A stretch of 63,449 nt of DNA, filler included, from Globobulimina sp. (taxonomy: Eukaryota), in assembly GCA_003354225.1 (NCBI GenBank). It is 30 parts of 30 records of this genome, joined end to end, with 100 filler letters (N's around TTAATTAATTAA, not from the genome) between each part and the next. Parts side by side here need not be neighbours in the genome. Positions count along the whole stretch, not along the records: positions 25,429 to 27,446 come from PIVH01009702.1; positions 27,547 to 29,564 come from PIVH01009703.1; positions 29,665 to 31,682 come from PIVH01009704.1; positions 31,783 to 33,800 come from PIVH01009705.1; positions 33,901 to 35,918 come from PIVH01009706.1; positions 36,019 to 38,036 come from PIVH01009707.1; positions 38,137 to 40,154 come from PIVH01009708.1; 23 more parts are not named here. One strand, given 5' to 3'. Both the position numbers and the translations under genes were made by a program. The stretch's first letter is position 1. Every line of letters begins with the position of its first letter. Below, piece by piece: positions 25,508 to 38,584 of the stretch. The notes under the pieces were generated by a model. The model did no database searches. It had not been told where the DNA came from and saw only the letters and a program-made list of their open reading frames with translations.

Positions 25508-25664
25508 TTACATTTTCAGTTTTTTTATAACAACATGGTACTCATATTTTGTATATGAAATCTTAAAATAACTTTTTGTTTGAGAAAAGTTATTTTTTAT
25601 CTTCATCACGGCCATTTTTGATATCTTTTTGAGTACCATGTTCTTATAAAAACTGAAAATGTAA
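25508..25664. repeat. Inverted repeat (~35-bp arms), possible MITE fragment
   Basis: TTACATTTTCAGTTTTTTTATAACAACATGGTACTCA (25508-25544) pairs with TGAGTACCATGTTCTTATAAAAACTGAAAATGTAA (25630-25664). Confidence 0.65.
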
Positions 25665-25962
25665 AAACTTCAAGTATTGTTTTTGGAACAAAGTTGAACA
25701 CTCACTGGCTTGTTTTTGCCCATTCACCTGATGATAGGCAACTGCAAAAGTTGAAAACCGATCACCAAAAACACGTCTAAACTCTGACATCGTTGATCCA
25801 TTATCAGCTAAACTCCATTTAGGTATTTTCAACTAATTTTTATGGGAGGCTGCATTTATCGATTTACGGTAATAATATCAAGATCAAAAGAACACAAAAA
25901 TTTAAATCTAATTATGTAACAGTCTACTAACAGATATGTTTTATGTGGCTTGCGTATAATAT

Positions 25963-27446
25963 TTAATTTTCTCCACGAGTTTGATTTGGCATTCCTGGAG
26001 ATTGATATACATCATACATTCCCATATCATCCGAGTCCTCTTCAGTGTCATCTGAAATATCGCCAGCACCATCAACAGAACCAGGGCCAGTACCAGTTGT
26101 TGCATCAGGTTGCGTCTGTAAAATAATATTGTTATTTAATACACATGCGCTGTCTGTAAACAATTGAACATTCATATCCTGTTGCAAATGCCGGTTTGAT
26201 CTATTCCAATTATTTCCATTTTGAACAGAATTTGTTGTATTTGCAAACTGTACAGATGGAATTGCATCGATATTTGCTTTTGGTTTTTCACTTAAACTCA
26301 GTCTATAGAAACCTATTAAGAATATTGTACCAATGCAGCATATTAATGCCAATATTCCAATAAGTATAAGTAAAATGGAAACATTTTGTTTATTCCATAT
26401 ATTTGAAGATTGATTATCATCTGTTATTGGCATTGAAAAAGTGGTTGAAATGCCTGAATCAACATTCCCTGCGGATTCAGTTGTTGGTCTATTTGATGGC
26501 ATATAGGTAGGTGTTATCGTTGGATATGTTGTTGTATTTGCTGTTGGATATAATGTTGGATGTGATGTCGGATCAAAAGTTGTATTTGATGTTGGATTAT
26601 ATGTTGGATCCACTGTATACAAATAATTATCAGAAACAAATGATATTTTCAACGAATAAAATGTCGAATTACTTAAATGTGCCCTAAGAGCAACAGACCC
26701 CCATTTTAATGTGCTATCCGTGAATGAAAATGCAAATTCATTGTCCAAATAAACACTCATTACATCAGCAATAATCTCCACTCTTAGTGTATACAATATG
26801 TTAATTGCAATTACTGGATCTGGATTGGAATAATGTAAAAAATTCCATCCATTATTCGTCCTTCCAAGCACTATTTCATTCACTGCTGTATCCACCCCAA
26901 TAAAATATTGCTGTCCTCCATCAATTACTGCTGACACACTTTGACAGCGTATTAACATACCAGCTTGGCGACCAGCTGTCATCTTAAATTTCATTTCGAC
27001 GGTATAATCAGTCCAGTTTAATGAGGTTTGATCCAAATCTCCGAACCAAGCAACAGCTCCCGAATAACTAATATTGCTCTGAGTCAGAACACAGCCATCA
27101 TCATCAAATATCCATTTGCCCCCCACTACTGATATTCGATTGGTTGCATCACAAAGATAATTAAATTTATTTGGTTCAGGCGAATTTCTGGAGCTTACTA
27201 TCAAATTAGTAAGTGTTGAATTAGCGCATTGATATCCAAACATACAAACAAGCATTGGCTGGTTCAATGTTATGGAATGCGATGGGGTCCAATAACTTGC
27301 AATTTGTGCACTATCAATGTAGATAGATAACAAAGATTGACTCTGATACATTGAAATATGATATGCCTGTTCCAATGTTATAAAATTAAAAGCTGTTTTT
27401 GCTGACAGATTCCATGTACCTGGCTGAGAAAAAACAAAATGAAAAA
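25963..27446 (-). CDS. Type I membrane protein: ConA/LamG-like (DUF1080-like) domain, PT-repeat stalk, TM (5' truncated)
   Basis: WTDYTVEMKF...AGMLIR...YTLRVEI...VYLDN...GSVAL beta-sandwich; PTYNPTSNTTFDPT repeats; single TM helix. Confidence 0.75.
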
Positions 27447-27546
27447 NNNNNNNNNNNNNNNNNNNNNNNNNNNNNNNNNNNNNNNNNNNNTTAATTAATT
27501 AANNNNNNNNNNNNNNNNNNNNNNNNNNNNNNNNNNNNNNNNNNNN

Positions 27547-28145
27547 GAATTGTTGATGCCGCCGAGTAAGTGGGAAATGTGCTTTTCATGATCATCCGCT
27601 CCTGTGACTCGTACTGCAAGTAGATGGGACGTATGTCTTCCATGGCCTGCAAAACAGGTGCACAAAGTTTTGAGACAGGAGCACGTTGTGTCAATGAGAT
27701 CTTTGCACAGGCATATGCCATGAGTTCGGGAGCACACAACTGCGGTACCCCTCTCCACTGAGGATCCCAGACCAGCGAGCTCACCTCCCTCCATATATAT
27801 TGGACAGCTGGGTATGCGGGATCTTGTGTACAATTGACATTTCTCGCAAGCACCTGTACCACGGGATTCGTGATTGAAAGCGTGTTGATCCCGTTTTCTG
27901 AACGTTGTGTGCTTGTTGGGATGAGCACTGAACAATTTACGAGCACCATCTGACATATCATACATGTGATGTTCACAGGACCATGAATTGCTGATGCTGC
28001 CGGGTAAGTGGGAAGTGTGTTCTTCGTGGTCATCTGCTCCTGTGACTCGTACTGCAGATAGACGGGACGTATGTCTTCCTTGGTCTGCAAAACAGGTGCA
28101 CGAACTTTTGAAACAGGAGCACGTTGTGTCACTGAAATCTTTGCA
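27547..28145. repeat. Diverged direct repeat with 438-bp period inside a GC-richer, dual-open-frame region
   Basis: 27547-27707 resembles 27985-28145; two minus-strand frames (27491-28267, 27495-28223) are both open through it. Confidence 0.85.
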
Positions 28146-30106
28146 TGCGTACGTCCAGATATTATTGCTCTTTGTCGATTGCTTCTGTTTCTGAGGAATG
28201 ACAATTCCGAACTTTTCTTGCAACGGTCGGCCTTTTTAATCGTTAAGCGTCTAGTTCTCATTGCCAAGTTATTTTTAATTGTTTTTCTTTTAGTATTTAC
28301 TCAAACATGTTTTCTTATGAACATTTTATGAACCTTCACAACCTATCAAACTCTGACTTGTATAATCAAATTGCTTTATATTGCAGCTACTGTCTTATAT
28401 TAAATGTTGTGTGTCTCATAATAATTTGTCACAAACTCATAATCAATAAACATTTCCCTCGCTTGTTTCAAAATTTCTTGAACTGTATTTTTTGCTTCAA
28501 TTGGATTCATTTTGAACGGGAAAAACAGATATTATGTCAAGAACAAACTTATTTGGAATGCAGTTAGCAAATGAACGAATTTCTTGGTCAAAGAAATTTT
28601 CCGATGTATTTTCTTGGATCAATAAACCAATTAAAAATTGTAATTCTTATTTTGGTAAAAACCACATTGGAATTGGAAACACAAAAATGATATTAATATT
28701 TGAAAATGATAAACGACACAACACAGAAACAAAACGTACTAATATAAGATAATTAACCTCTCCAAACAAAGCTGGAATTTAACCTCATAGATCGATTTGT
28801 TTTCATTTTGTATGAAGATAACAATTTAAATTTAATTTATACAACTTTGCTTCTTAAATTGCAATGTCGTTTTGAGCTGTTTGTTACTGACATTTTGATA
28901 TTTGGGTATTTGAGCATTTGGGTATGTATGGTATAACATGTACAATTACTTTATCAAACATAAATACTGTATACCCAAATACCTAAAAGCATACAAAGTG
29001 TTTATAACAATCAAATGCTGAAAAAACAAGTATATATTCCAAATATGAACCTACCTGTTTGGACCGTCATTTCATATCATGATTGCATGATTTTTTACTT
29101 TGGAATAAGGTTCAATAAAATCAAACCATTTATTCTAAGCTAGAGTATTTTAGCAAATGTGTTGTGGCGACATGAGACAAACGTGAACGATTTTATGAGA
29201 TCTCGTGACCTATTTATTTTGTCTGCATCACATTTTTGAAATTTCAGAAAAATTTACTCCTCGCACCAAAGAAAACGCTTTTATGGCCTCAATCAACATC
29301 AACATCAACCATATCTGCTGAATTATTGTCAATGTTTGTATTTTGTGTGTCATGGTTGATGTTGTTATTATTTTTATTGTCATTCTGATTGTTTTGTTGT
29401 TTTAGTTGTTTCTGTTGATTTTTCCACTGAGCAATGTTTGTATTTAATAAATGTTGAGTTCCAGACATGAATGCATCGTCGTCATCATCATCATCATTTT
29501 GTTTACGTTCCTCTTTGTTTTCATCACATCCATTATCCTGATTTGCATTATCCGTATTTTCGACNNNNNNNNNNNNNNNNNNNNNNNNNNNNNNNNNNNN
29601 NNNNNNNNTTAATTAATTAANNNNNNNNNNNNNNNNNNNNNNNNNNNNNNNNNNNNNNNNNNNNTTAAGCCGTGAAGAAAGTCTTTGGTATTTTGTTCCA
29701 TTATTTCTTCAAAACACTATCAGCAGACAGCAGCTGAGAATATACATATATCTTTACTTTAGAACATTCTTTTTTTGAATTCTAAACATAATTAATTTTA
29801 AAATTTTGAACTGCAAACATCTCAAAACATGTCATGTAAGTTGCACCAACGCAATTTAAGTCAACAGGTATATGTATATATATTGAAGCAAAATTTGAAT
29901 AAATGTTGACAGAGCTACTTGATCAGGACTGGATCAGGAAAAACAAGATTGGTGGTGTTTTTTTTTTGAAATCAAGTCAATATTCGTGAAATTATCACCA
30001 TATTAAAATTGCTCCTTAAACTGCATTTTTTTTGAAAAAAATTGCATTGTGTTCACACAAAAATCCATCGCAAATTCGTATGTACAAAAAATAGAAATAA
30101 ATATTT

Positions 30107-31682
30107 TCAAATTAAATCAATATATTTTAATCCATGTTTATTATATTTCTGCAAGACATTTAAATAAATTCTCATTTCCAATTTGCCGGAAATTATAAAT
30201 TTTTGCTTTTTTTTATTTTTGTTGGGATTTCCGATCTGCAAAGGCTGTGAAATAACATTTTCATGAAATCTCATTATATTGCCAGAAACATCAATTTTTA
30301 ATTTGAAACCTCCAATAAATTCTTCTTGGTCTTGCTCATTGTCCTCTGACTGTATTTTTGAATGATTCATTTTAACATTAACCATTAAACGTTGTTTTTG
30401 AAAATGATGCTTATGGCTGCTCGGACTATTAACACAATCCGGCAATGAACGCGACGATAAACTATTTCTTCTCATTGTTGCATAATTGATAGCACGTAAC
30501 GTTGCATTATAAGCATCATTTGATTTTGATACAGATCCTTCCATTGTATTCCTATGCACTCTACGCATACTTTTATTTATTTCAATTTGAATTTTAATAT
30601 CTTTTCTTTTTATTCTTCTTTCATATAACTCATCTTCTTCTTTTTCATTCATTTCATGACGAGATAAAAACTCAATTTCTTTCAAAATAGCAGATTCTCG
30701 GGGACTCATCTTTTGATATTCTTTATTATCTAATTCTGACAATGCATCAATGGCTTTCTCAGCTGCATCTAAAACATTATCTGAATAATTACTGCCACTC
30801 AATTCTGGCTCTTCTCCCATTGGTGTTTGTGCCTCAGATTTATTCATATTATCCACTGTCATCATTGTCATATCCGACATAATTTCATCAATCTGATTAA
30901 ATGGTACAATAAATAATAATTTACTATCATTGTGCCAAAACGGATTTGATTTATTATACAATATTTTCGATTTAATTTCAATGTCTCCGATTGATATCAC
31001 TACGAACGGATTATATGTTTTATTCAATGTCGCAGATATTAACTCGATCACAATGGGAATACCGCGTTCTTCACACAATGCCATGGCGCATTTTTCTTTT
31101 CCGCCCAGTACCGAATCAATGACACAAAACTCAAATTCATTATAATTATATTTTTCATATTTGGTTGCCATTAACAATGAAATCAAATTAATATGACAGT
31201 GCTTGGTGGCGAAATGTAATGTATTGTCAAAATCTAATAATGGTATTCTTGTTTTTGATGAGCCCATTTTTAATAATAAATCCAATAAATATATCTCTCC
31301 ATTTTGATTGTTTGTCAATGACCAAAATAGTGATGAAACTGTATACAAATTCACCGATTTTTTAACATCTTTCCTCATCACCAGACAGCACCGCGCAAAT
31401 TCCTCAAAATCAAAGTACCAGTTATCATCAATATCATACACATGGAATAAATGTTTGATCTCACTCTCTTGCCGAGATATAATTAGTTCCAACTCGCTCT
31501 CACATACGATTTTACCAAAATATTTACAGGCATTACGATGCAAATTAGCCATTGTATACAGCGATATCTTTAGTGTCTTCATACCGCATTGTTTGTTATG
31601 CAATGCTTTTGCAACTAATCCCAATCCATCAACATCCAAACTATATCGCGTCCAATTCACATCAATCCCATTTTTTTTACCT
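30107..31682 (-). CDS. Multidomain Ca-signalling-like protein (EF-hand, ankyrin-like, split C2-like), partial
   Basis: EF-hand DIDDNWYFDFEEF; LHFATKHCHINLISLL ankyrin-like; IELISA..NPFVVISIG..KSK...NPFW C2 pattern. Confidence 0.55.
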
Positions 31683-32067
31683 NNNNNNNNNNNNNNNNNN
31701 NNNNNNNNNNNNNNNNNNNNNNNNNNTTAATTAATTAANNNNNNNNNNNNNNNNNNNNNNNNNNNNNNNNNNNNNNNNNNNNAATATCCGATTATAATTT
31801 ATAAAATAATAAAAAAAGGAGCAATCACCATTCAGATCAAAAACAAGCACTCCGTTAATAACAAAAATAAATTCTGAAATGCGTTCGATGCCAACCACGC
31901 CGGCATTAAATCATCCAACACCATCATCCACAGAAGAAGTGGGTGATGACTGTTATTGTTACGTGTACAATAAATTAATAATCAAAACATATAACAAAAA
32001 GACCTATGCAATTATGCATAGCAACACAATATAAATAAGTGATCAAATAAAACAAAACATGAAACAT

Positions 32068-33800
32068 TTAACGATGAGCAAGACGTGCTATATTTTTTGA
32101 AAGAACATGATTTTTTCCGTTCAAATTTTGACAAATAACATTCGCAAATTCCAAATACTGCGCAGACTGAGATAAAGTATGCAAAATTAAATCTGCGCTT
32201 TTCTGTAATTTTTGTGACATAAAACACGACCTTTTAAAGCCACAAACTTTGCCCAAATCCTTTAACATTCTGATCAATAGCAACAAAGAAACATCCTTGC
32301 ATTTATCATCTGAATAATAATGATCTAAAAACATTTTTAAAGCATCGACTGTTTTCAAAATACTTTCGTCTGTTAACTGTAATAAAGTTTTATTTAAAAT
32401 CTTTTCCTTTCCGCGCCAATTTACCGATGATGCACAATAAAATAACTCACCATAAACCGCATCACATTCAATTAACAATATAGATATATCAGACATTAAT
32501 TTTTCAATTTTAAATCTCATTTCATATAAGATCTCGACATCTTTTTTATTTAGTTTTATATTGTCATATTGCACAGCTTTGATATCTTCTTCTTTATTCT
32601 CCACATTTTGCATCGAGCTCTGCTTATTTTCATCATTTTGAGCAACAAAACGTTTTATTTTATCCACTGTCTCAGATAAAATCCACTGTCTCAGATAAAA
32701 TATTATTATTTTTTATTACAGATTTTATAGAATTAAAATTATTAATTAACATATCCTGCGAATTGTTATTTTTTCTACAAGTTAGAAATAACATTTCGTG
32801 ATCAATATACCGCAATTTATCGGATAATTTTTGATATAATTTATGCAAATCAGATATAGTATCTATTAATATATTTTCTGTTTCATTAAATAGTGTTAAA
32901 TATGTCCCATTTAATTGTTTTCGAAATTTAAATGGCATCATATATAATCCTGCGCTCTGTGCAGATAATGACTGAGCTCTGCTTTTTGTTACACATAATT
33001 TAGAGATTAAAAATTGTTGTTTACAAATACTATATTCATTCACTAAATTATTTATAATATGATTCTGTGTCTGTGTAATATCCGTTTTATTAATCTGTTT
33101 GTTATTATTCATCCATTGCGTTTGTTGAGCAATGCCTTTATCAGCAAACTGTATGCCAGATATCATCATGTCAGCTTCGTTCGCTTTATTTGAAACAAAA
33201 GTGTTTGAATATAAACATTCGACATTGGTATCACATCCAATATACAATAAAAATACATATAATTCTTTCAAACATTTATTTTCTTCGCAATTGCCCTCTG
33301 AACAAAGTTGTTTGCATTTTTCTCTGATTTTATTGATTGATATGGATGGCATTGGATGCTGAACAATAATCGCCCAAAATAGATAATAAATGAGCAACTG
33401 AATATTGTCTGTAAATTACATGGATGTTATTGATTTGCAATTGATTTAATGAACTTTCACAATTTGATTGTATTTTCATTAATTTTGATTGGAATTGTTT
33501 TAAAATATAGACAATATCATTTAATTTGGATTCATATTCGTTTATATTCAATAAATGTAATATATATTCCTCATTCAACTCCAGAAAATGAAAACAAATT
33601 AATGTATAAATTTCAAACATTGTAATTCTTTGTTGATGAATGAAATGTTTATTATTTAGTTGATCAATAAAATTAATATAAAACCATAAATGTTTGTATG
33701 TTTCACCAATCATTGGTTTTAAAAAATGATCCAATAAATGATATTTTGTTGAATTTACATTTTCAAAAAATGCACATCTAAATGCTAATCGACATGCGTC
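32068..33800 (-). pseudogene. Unknown helical protein broken by a 19-bp tandem duplication and a further frameshift
   Basis: ATCCACTGTCTCAGATAAA is duplicated at 32662-32699; removing one copy joins ILSETVD to KIKRFVAQ. Confidence 0.6.
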
Positions 33801-34130
33801 NNNNNNNNNNNNNNNNNNNNNNNNNNNNNNNNNNNNNNNNNNNNTTAATTAATTAANNNNNNNNNNNNNNNNNNNNNNNNNNNNNNNNNNNNNNNNNNNN
33901 AGAAAATCGTTTCTTAGATTTGAAAGGAAATCAAATCAAATCATGGAATTATGTCTTCTTCAAATCAAATCAAATCAAAAAAATTTTGGGCAGTTTCGAC
34001 CCCCCAAACGCAATTTTATCCATTCCTTGTGTTATACCTTGAACACAGCCACACTGATCGAGCGACACAGCAGCAAATCAATTTCACTAATTAGGAACCA
34101 ACAAAATTCCATATTAAGTAAGCTCCCAAT

Positions 34131-35918
34131 ATGACGGTAGCATTATCAACAAAAGCATTCGATGCTTTCGCCAAGAAATTGAGACAGAATAAGAAACTGT
34201 TCCTGATGTCGCCATCTTTGATGAAATCACCATTAAAGGACCCGACGAAAGCGCCAACCAAATTTTATAAAGAAGACTATGGTGACGTTATTAAAATGAT
34301 CAGAGACAGTACGTTCGTCTATATTATTCCCACAGCATCCGCCTCTTTCCAAGCAATCTTGGATGGCTTCAAAATGAAATATGAGAAAGCATCCGAGAGA
34401 CCATCCCATATTACTCGCAATGAGACTGAATTATTAGCAGCGTTTTGTCGTAAAGTCTCCGTGGAATCGGTTCGTACGTTTCGTGAATCGTCAGCATGGA
34501 AGAAATATGCAGTGATTAACCAATATTCATTGCAAACATCGCCATATTTCAAGAAACAACAAACAGACAAAGCAAATACCGATCAAAGTGAAGAAACACA
34601 GGACAATGATTCCCAGTCCCCGTCCGACGCCAACATCAATTATAATGTTACAGAGGATGGCAATGACATTAATGCCAATGATATATTAGAATTATCAAAA
34701 CAAACTGAGTTCCCTGGCCTACAGGGCTCCAATTCGCAAGCATCTCCTTCCTCTGTCACCAATAATAAAGTAACAAACAATAATAATAACACAGATATTG
34801 ATAATGATTTGAAAATGAATGATTTAGCAGATAACAAACCAAAATCGACCAATGTCGATGATATAAAATCGGCGGATAAAGCAGTGCCGACCACCGAGGA
34901 ATCTCTAAAGAGAATCCATAAAAAGCAGCGCCATGTCGTTTATAAAGAAGACAAGAATGAAATGGACCTATCGATACAGCAACAATCCGATACCCAAAAA
35001 CGCAGAAACCGAGCCAATACAAATAGTAAACAAACCAAACGAAATCAACAACAAATCCAAGCCAAACCTAATAAAACAAAACCAAGTCAATTAATTACAT
35101 TTGATTCGCCGTCTCCGTTACGATCAAAAAGAAGCAATGCCAGTGATAGTTCGTCGATGGATGAAGACATTTTTGCCTTTAATCCGTTGCTTACACCAAC
35201 TCCTTCACCGAAATCGAGCAAAGACTATGATGATATTGCAGCATTGACAGCATTTTTATTGAAGAATGAAATCTATTCATTATTGAGAAATAAGAAATTA
35301 AAAGAATTTGAAACGAAGAATGTCTGAGCAAACGCTTTCAAAGCCAACAATTTCCTGCTTTATCGCAGTAAACAATTAAATGAATTACACTCCGCGTCCA
35401 ATGCCATGAATCTCTATGCCACCGCGCGAAATTATTTTAGTGAGTTGATGTGGAAAATTGATTCAAAATTGGATGAAGGCATCGAAGTCAATGAAGTAAT
35501 ACGTCGTTATAATGAAGAAAGACGTATTGGTATCATTGCGTTTGTTGACCATGCGATTATGACAGGCGTCACCCTCAACACATTATATTCAATGATATTC
35601 CATCAGCGATTCACAGATATTACAAAATCAAAAGACAGCCGATCTGTGTTTGATTTTATTTTTGAATTAGTATTTTATGGACATTATAAACAAACAAAAG
35701 CTACCAAATATTGGTGGAAATGGTTCATTCCGAAGATATTAGATCGCAGTATCGCTTTGCAAGAAAATCGTTTCTTAGATTTGAAAGGAAATCAAATCAA
35801 ATCATGGAATTATGTCTTCTTCAAAGGGCGCACCATTTACAATCAAATCAAATATATTAAGAAGCGGACTGCAGACAAAATGACGCCGCGAGCTGTAAAA
35901 CATGATGAAAATCCACAC
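34131..35918 (+). CDS. Unknown protein, one reading frame interrupted by a single TGA at 35325-35327 (3' truncated)
   Basis: ORFs 34131-35327 and 35406 onward are in the same frame and the 26 intervening codons are all sense. Confidence 0.55.
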
Positions 35919-36300
35919 NNNNNNNNNNNNNNNNNNNNNNNNNNNNNNNNNNNNNNNNNNNNTTAATTAATTAANNNNNNNNNNNNNNNNNNNNNNNNNN
36001 NNNNNNNNNNNNNNNNNNCTGAAAACATATCGAATTTATTTGATTTGTCAAAACCAGATGACAATCTGTCTGGATTATGCATGAAAAAAACGAAATAACG
36101 TCGATGAGGCAAGTGATGATTAGGTGAATCTACCAACATATAACGAATAAAAAACAGCATAAACGGAGATAGCTACTTTTTCAAAAGTTGTATCAGGAAA
36201 AGAATGAAAGGGGTCATATATAATTTAAATGAAAGAATATTTGGCAAAAGATATGACACAGAAACTGCGCAAAAACCGCGAAGAATGAGCAAAAATATTC

Positions 36301-38036
36301 TCATCCCTGATGACGACTAATTGGCGTTCTTCCGAAATTGCCAGTTGGTGTGAATGGTGTGATTGGCTTTGGATACGAAGCATACAGCTCATTATCATTC
36401 TCATTATCACCATAATCACAACCACTCTCTCCAGATTCCCCACCGCTATGATAAAACATGCAAGCTGTTTCCTGTGGCAATTTAGGTAATGGTATTGCAT
36501 AAATATCCGTATCTGATATATTAAGTTTATTTGTAGAATTTATATAATTAATAATCGATGCATTACTGCTAACATTTGTATCATTACTATATACTGACGA
36601 TCTGCCTCTATCTCTCGGAATATACAACGAGGTACGAATGCTTTTTGATGCATTACCTGCATTTATGGTTAAATTCGAGCCATTATGTATTGCTTTTGCT
36701 ACATTTCCAAATGAATTCTGGGAACGACATCTAAATTTTAAAGGCTCTGCTTCTTTTCCTAAGTGTTCATGTTTCTTTATATTGATACTCGTCACACCAA
36801 GTTCAAATTGGAATGAATCATCAATATTTGTATCCATTGTTGAATCTTGATACCCGGCATAAATATTATTATCATGGCATGTATCGCCGGTGACCTCTTT
36901 TGATTTCTCAATCTTATAAGTTTTTACCTGTTTGTTTTTCTTTGAATACAAACAACATAAAAAAGCAATGAAACCACAGCAGATTGTTAACACAACAATG
37001 ACTATTGCGATTGTGACCATCCATACTGTTTTTACATCTTCTTCTTCAGCTAAATAATCTACAGATTTCAGTATGGTATAATTCGTATCACTTTGCCTTG
37101 GAATAACTGCATTTGTTGTAATTATTTCTGGATTCGGAGTTGTTGTGTTGTAATTATTTCTGTTTGGAACATCAAAATTGTAATTACAATTCATTGGATT
37201 AACGCAAGACCACGAATCATATGCAATATCGCATAATATATCATAGTTATCACCACAATGCATCTCGCCTTCATGAAATACGCCATAATTACCTGTATAA
37301 TCTATATCTATGTCATCCCATCCATGTAAGGCATATATTCTCGTGCCACCTGCATTATGTTTGCCTAAATTATCGTTTCCTTTTACGAAATAAATAAGTA
37401 TAAATTTGTGAAATAACAGAGTGTTTTTAAGATCCGCAAACCTGAAAGTAAACAGTTTATAGAACCGTTGCTGTGCGGTGGACAATACACTGTAATATCA
37501 AAGCATGATTCATATGCTATACAACCATTAATCTCCAACTTGGATGACACAGATTCTGTGCCATTAAATATTGCATCGAAACATGATTTTATTCCATTGC
37601 AATTTACAGCTAAATTGCCATTGGATGGTCCTGTTATTTGTGACCATCTACAACTTGTATCAGCAGTGCATGATATTGCACAATTACTGTTAAATGGACA
37701 TAGAATTTCTGCACTTGCACAGGATCGTACATTACCAGCACACAATACATTAAAATTATGATTAATATCAGTATTCACCTCACTTCCGTACACTTTAATG
37801 TCTTTACAATGATCCGTAGAATCAAGACATGATAAATTAAAATTCCCTGAAGACTGTAATGTCGCGTTAATCACTGCTGCTTGGCACGATTGTCCACCTT
37901 TGCACTCTATAGTACAACTACCATTTATAGGACATTCGATGACAGAGTCCATACAGGCTTGGATTTCAGTGCAATATACGAAACAATCTTCGTTGGGTAA
38001 ACAACGAATGAAATTACTTTGGCATTTAATCATTAA
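36301..38036 (-). CDS. Cys-rich repeat type I membrane protein (spliced, 5' truncated)
   Basis: C.G..SC repeats; intron 37380-37441 restores frame (LLSG/NDNL); TM WMVTIAIVIVVLTICCGFIAFLCCLY. Confidence 0.78.
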
Positions 38037-38584
38037 NNNNNNNNNNNNNNNNNNNNNNNNNNNNNNNNNNNNNNNNNNNNTTAATTAATTAANNNNNNNN
38101 NNNNNNNNNNNNNNNNNNNNNNNNNNNNNNNNNNNNGACTTGTACATAGTTGAATATATGACTATAATTTGGTGGAAAAGTTCCTCCATACTTTATAGTC
38201 ATATTATAGTCATATTATATATGATTCTGCGTCTTATAGGAGTTAACCCTGTAATTAAATTAAACAAAGGATCTGAATATTTGATAAATTCATTCGGTAC
38301 TTTGTATGAAATCGATGAAATTGCAGCAATAGTTTAGCATCTATATATATAGAAACTGAGAGACAAATCTGTTTGTAATTGAGACAAACCTGTTTGTAAA
38401 TAGGGAAACGTTTACATTTTTCACCGTCAGAATGTTTTTCTTTGAGTGCTTAAGGTTTTAGTAACACTTTCTGGATTTGCTTTGCATGGTATTTCTTAAA
38501 TGCTTGAGGTTCGCTTACAACGAACACTACAGTACTAATATAAATTATTTGTAGCCATTTATTTCATAATAGATTGCCAGAGAA

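Noticed and set aside
16640-35327. In-frame TGA codons (near 16647 and at 35325) suggesting a variant genetic code
   Set aside because: TGA terminates intact genes (CLC at 57423, ORF at 30107), conserved Trp residues use TGG, and the 16.6-kb locus has other stops.
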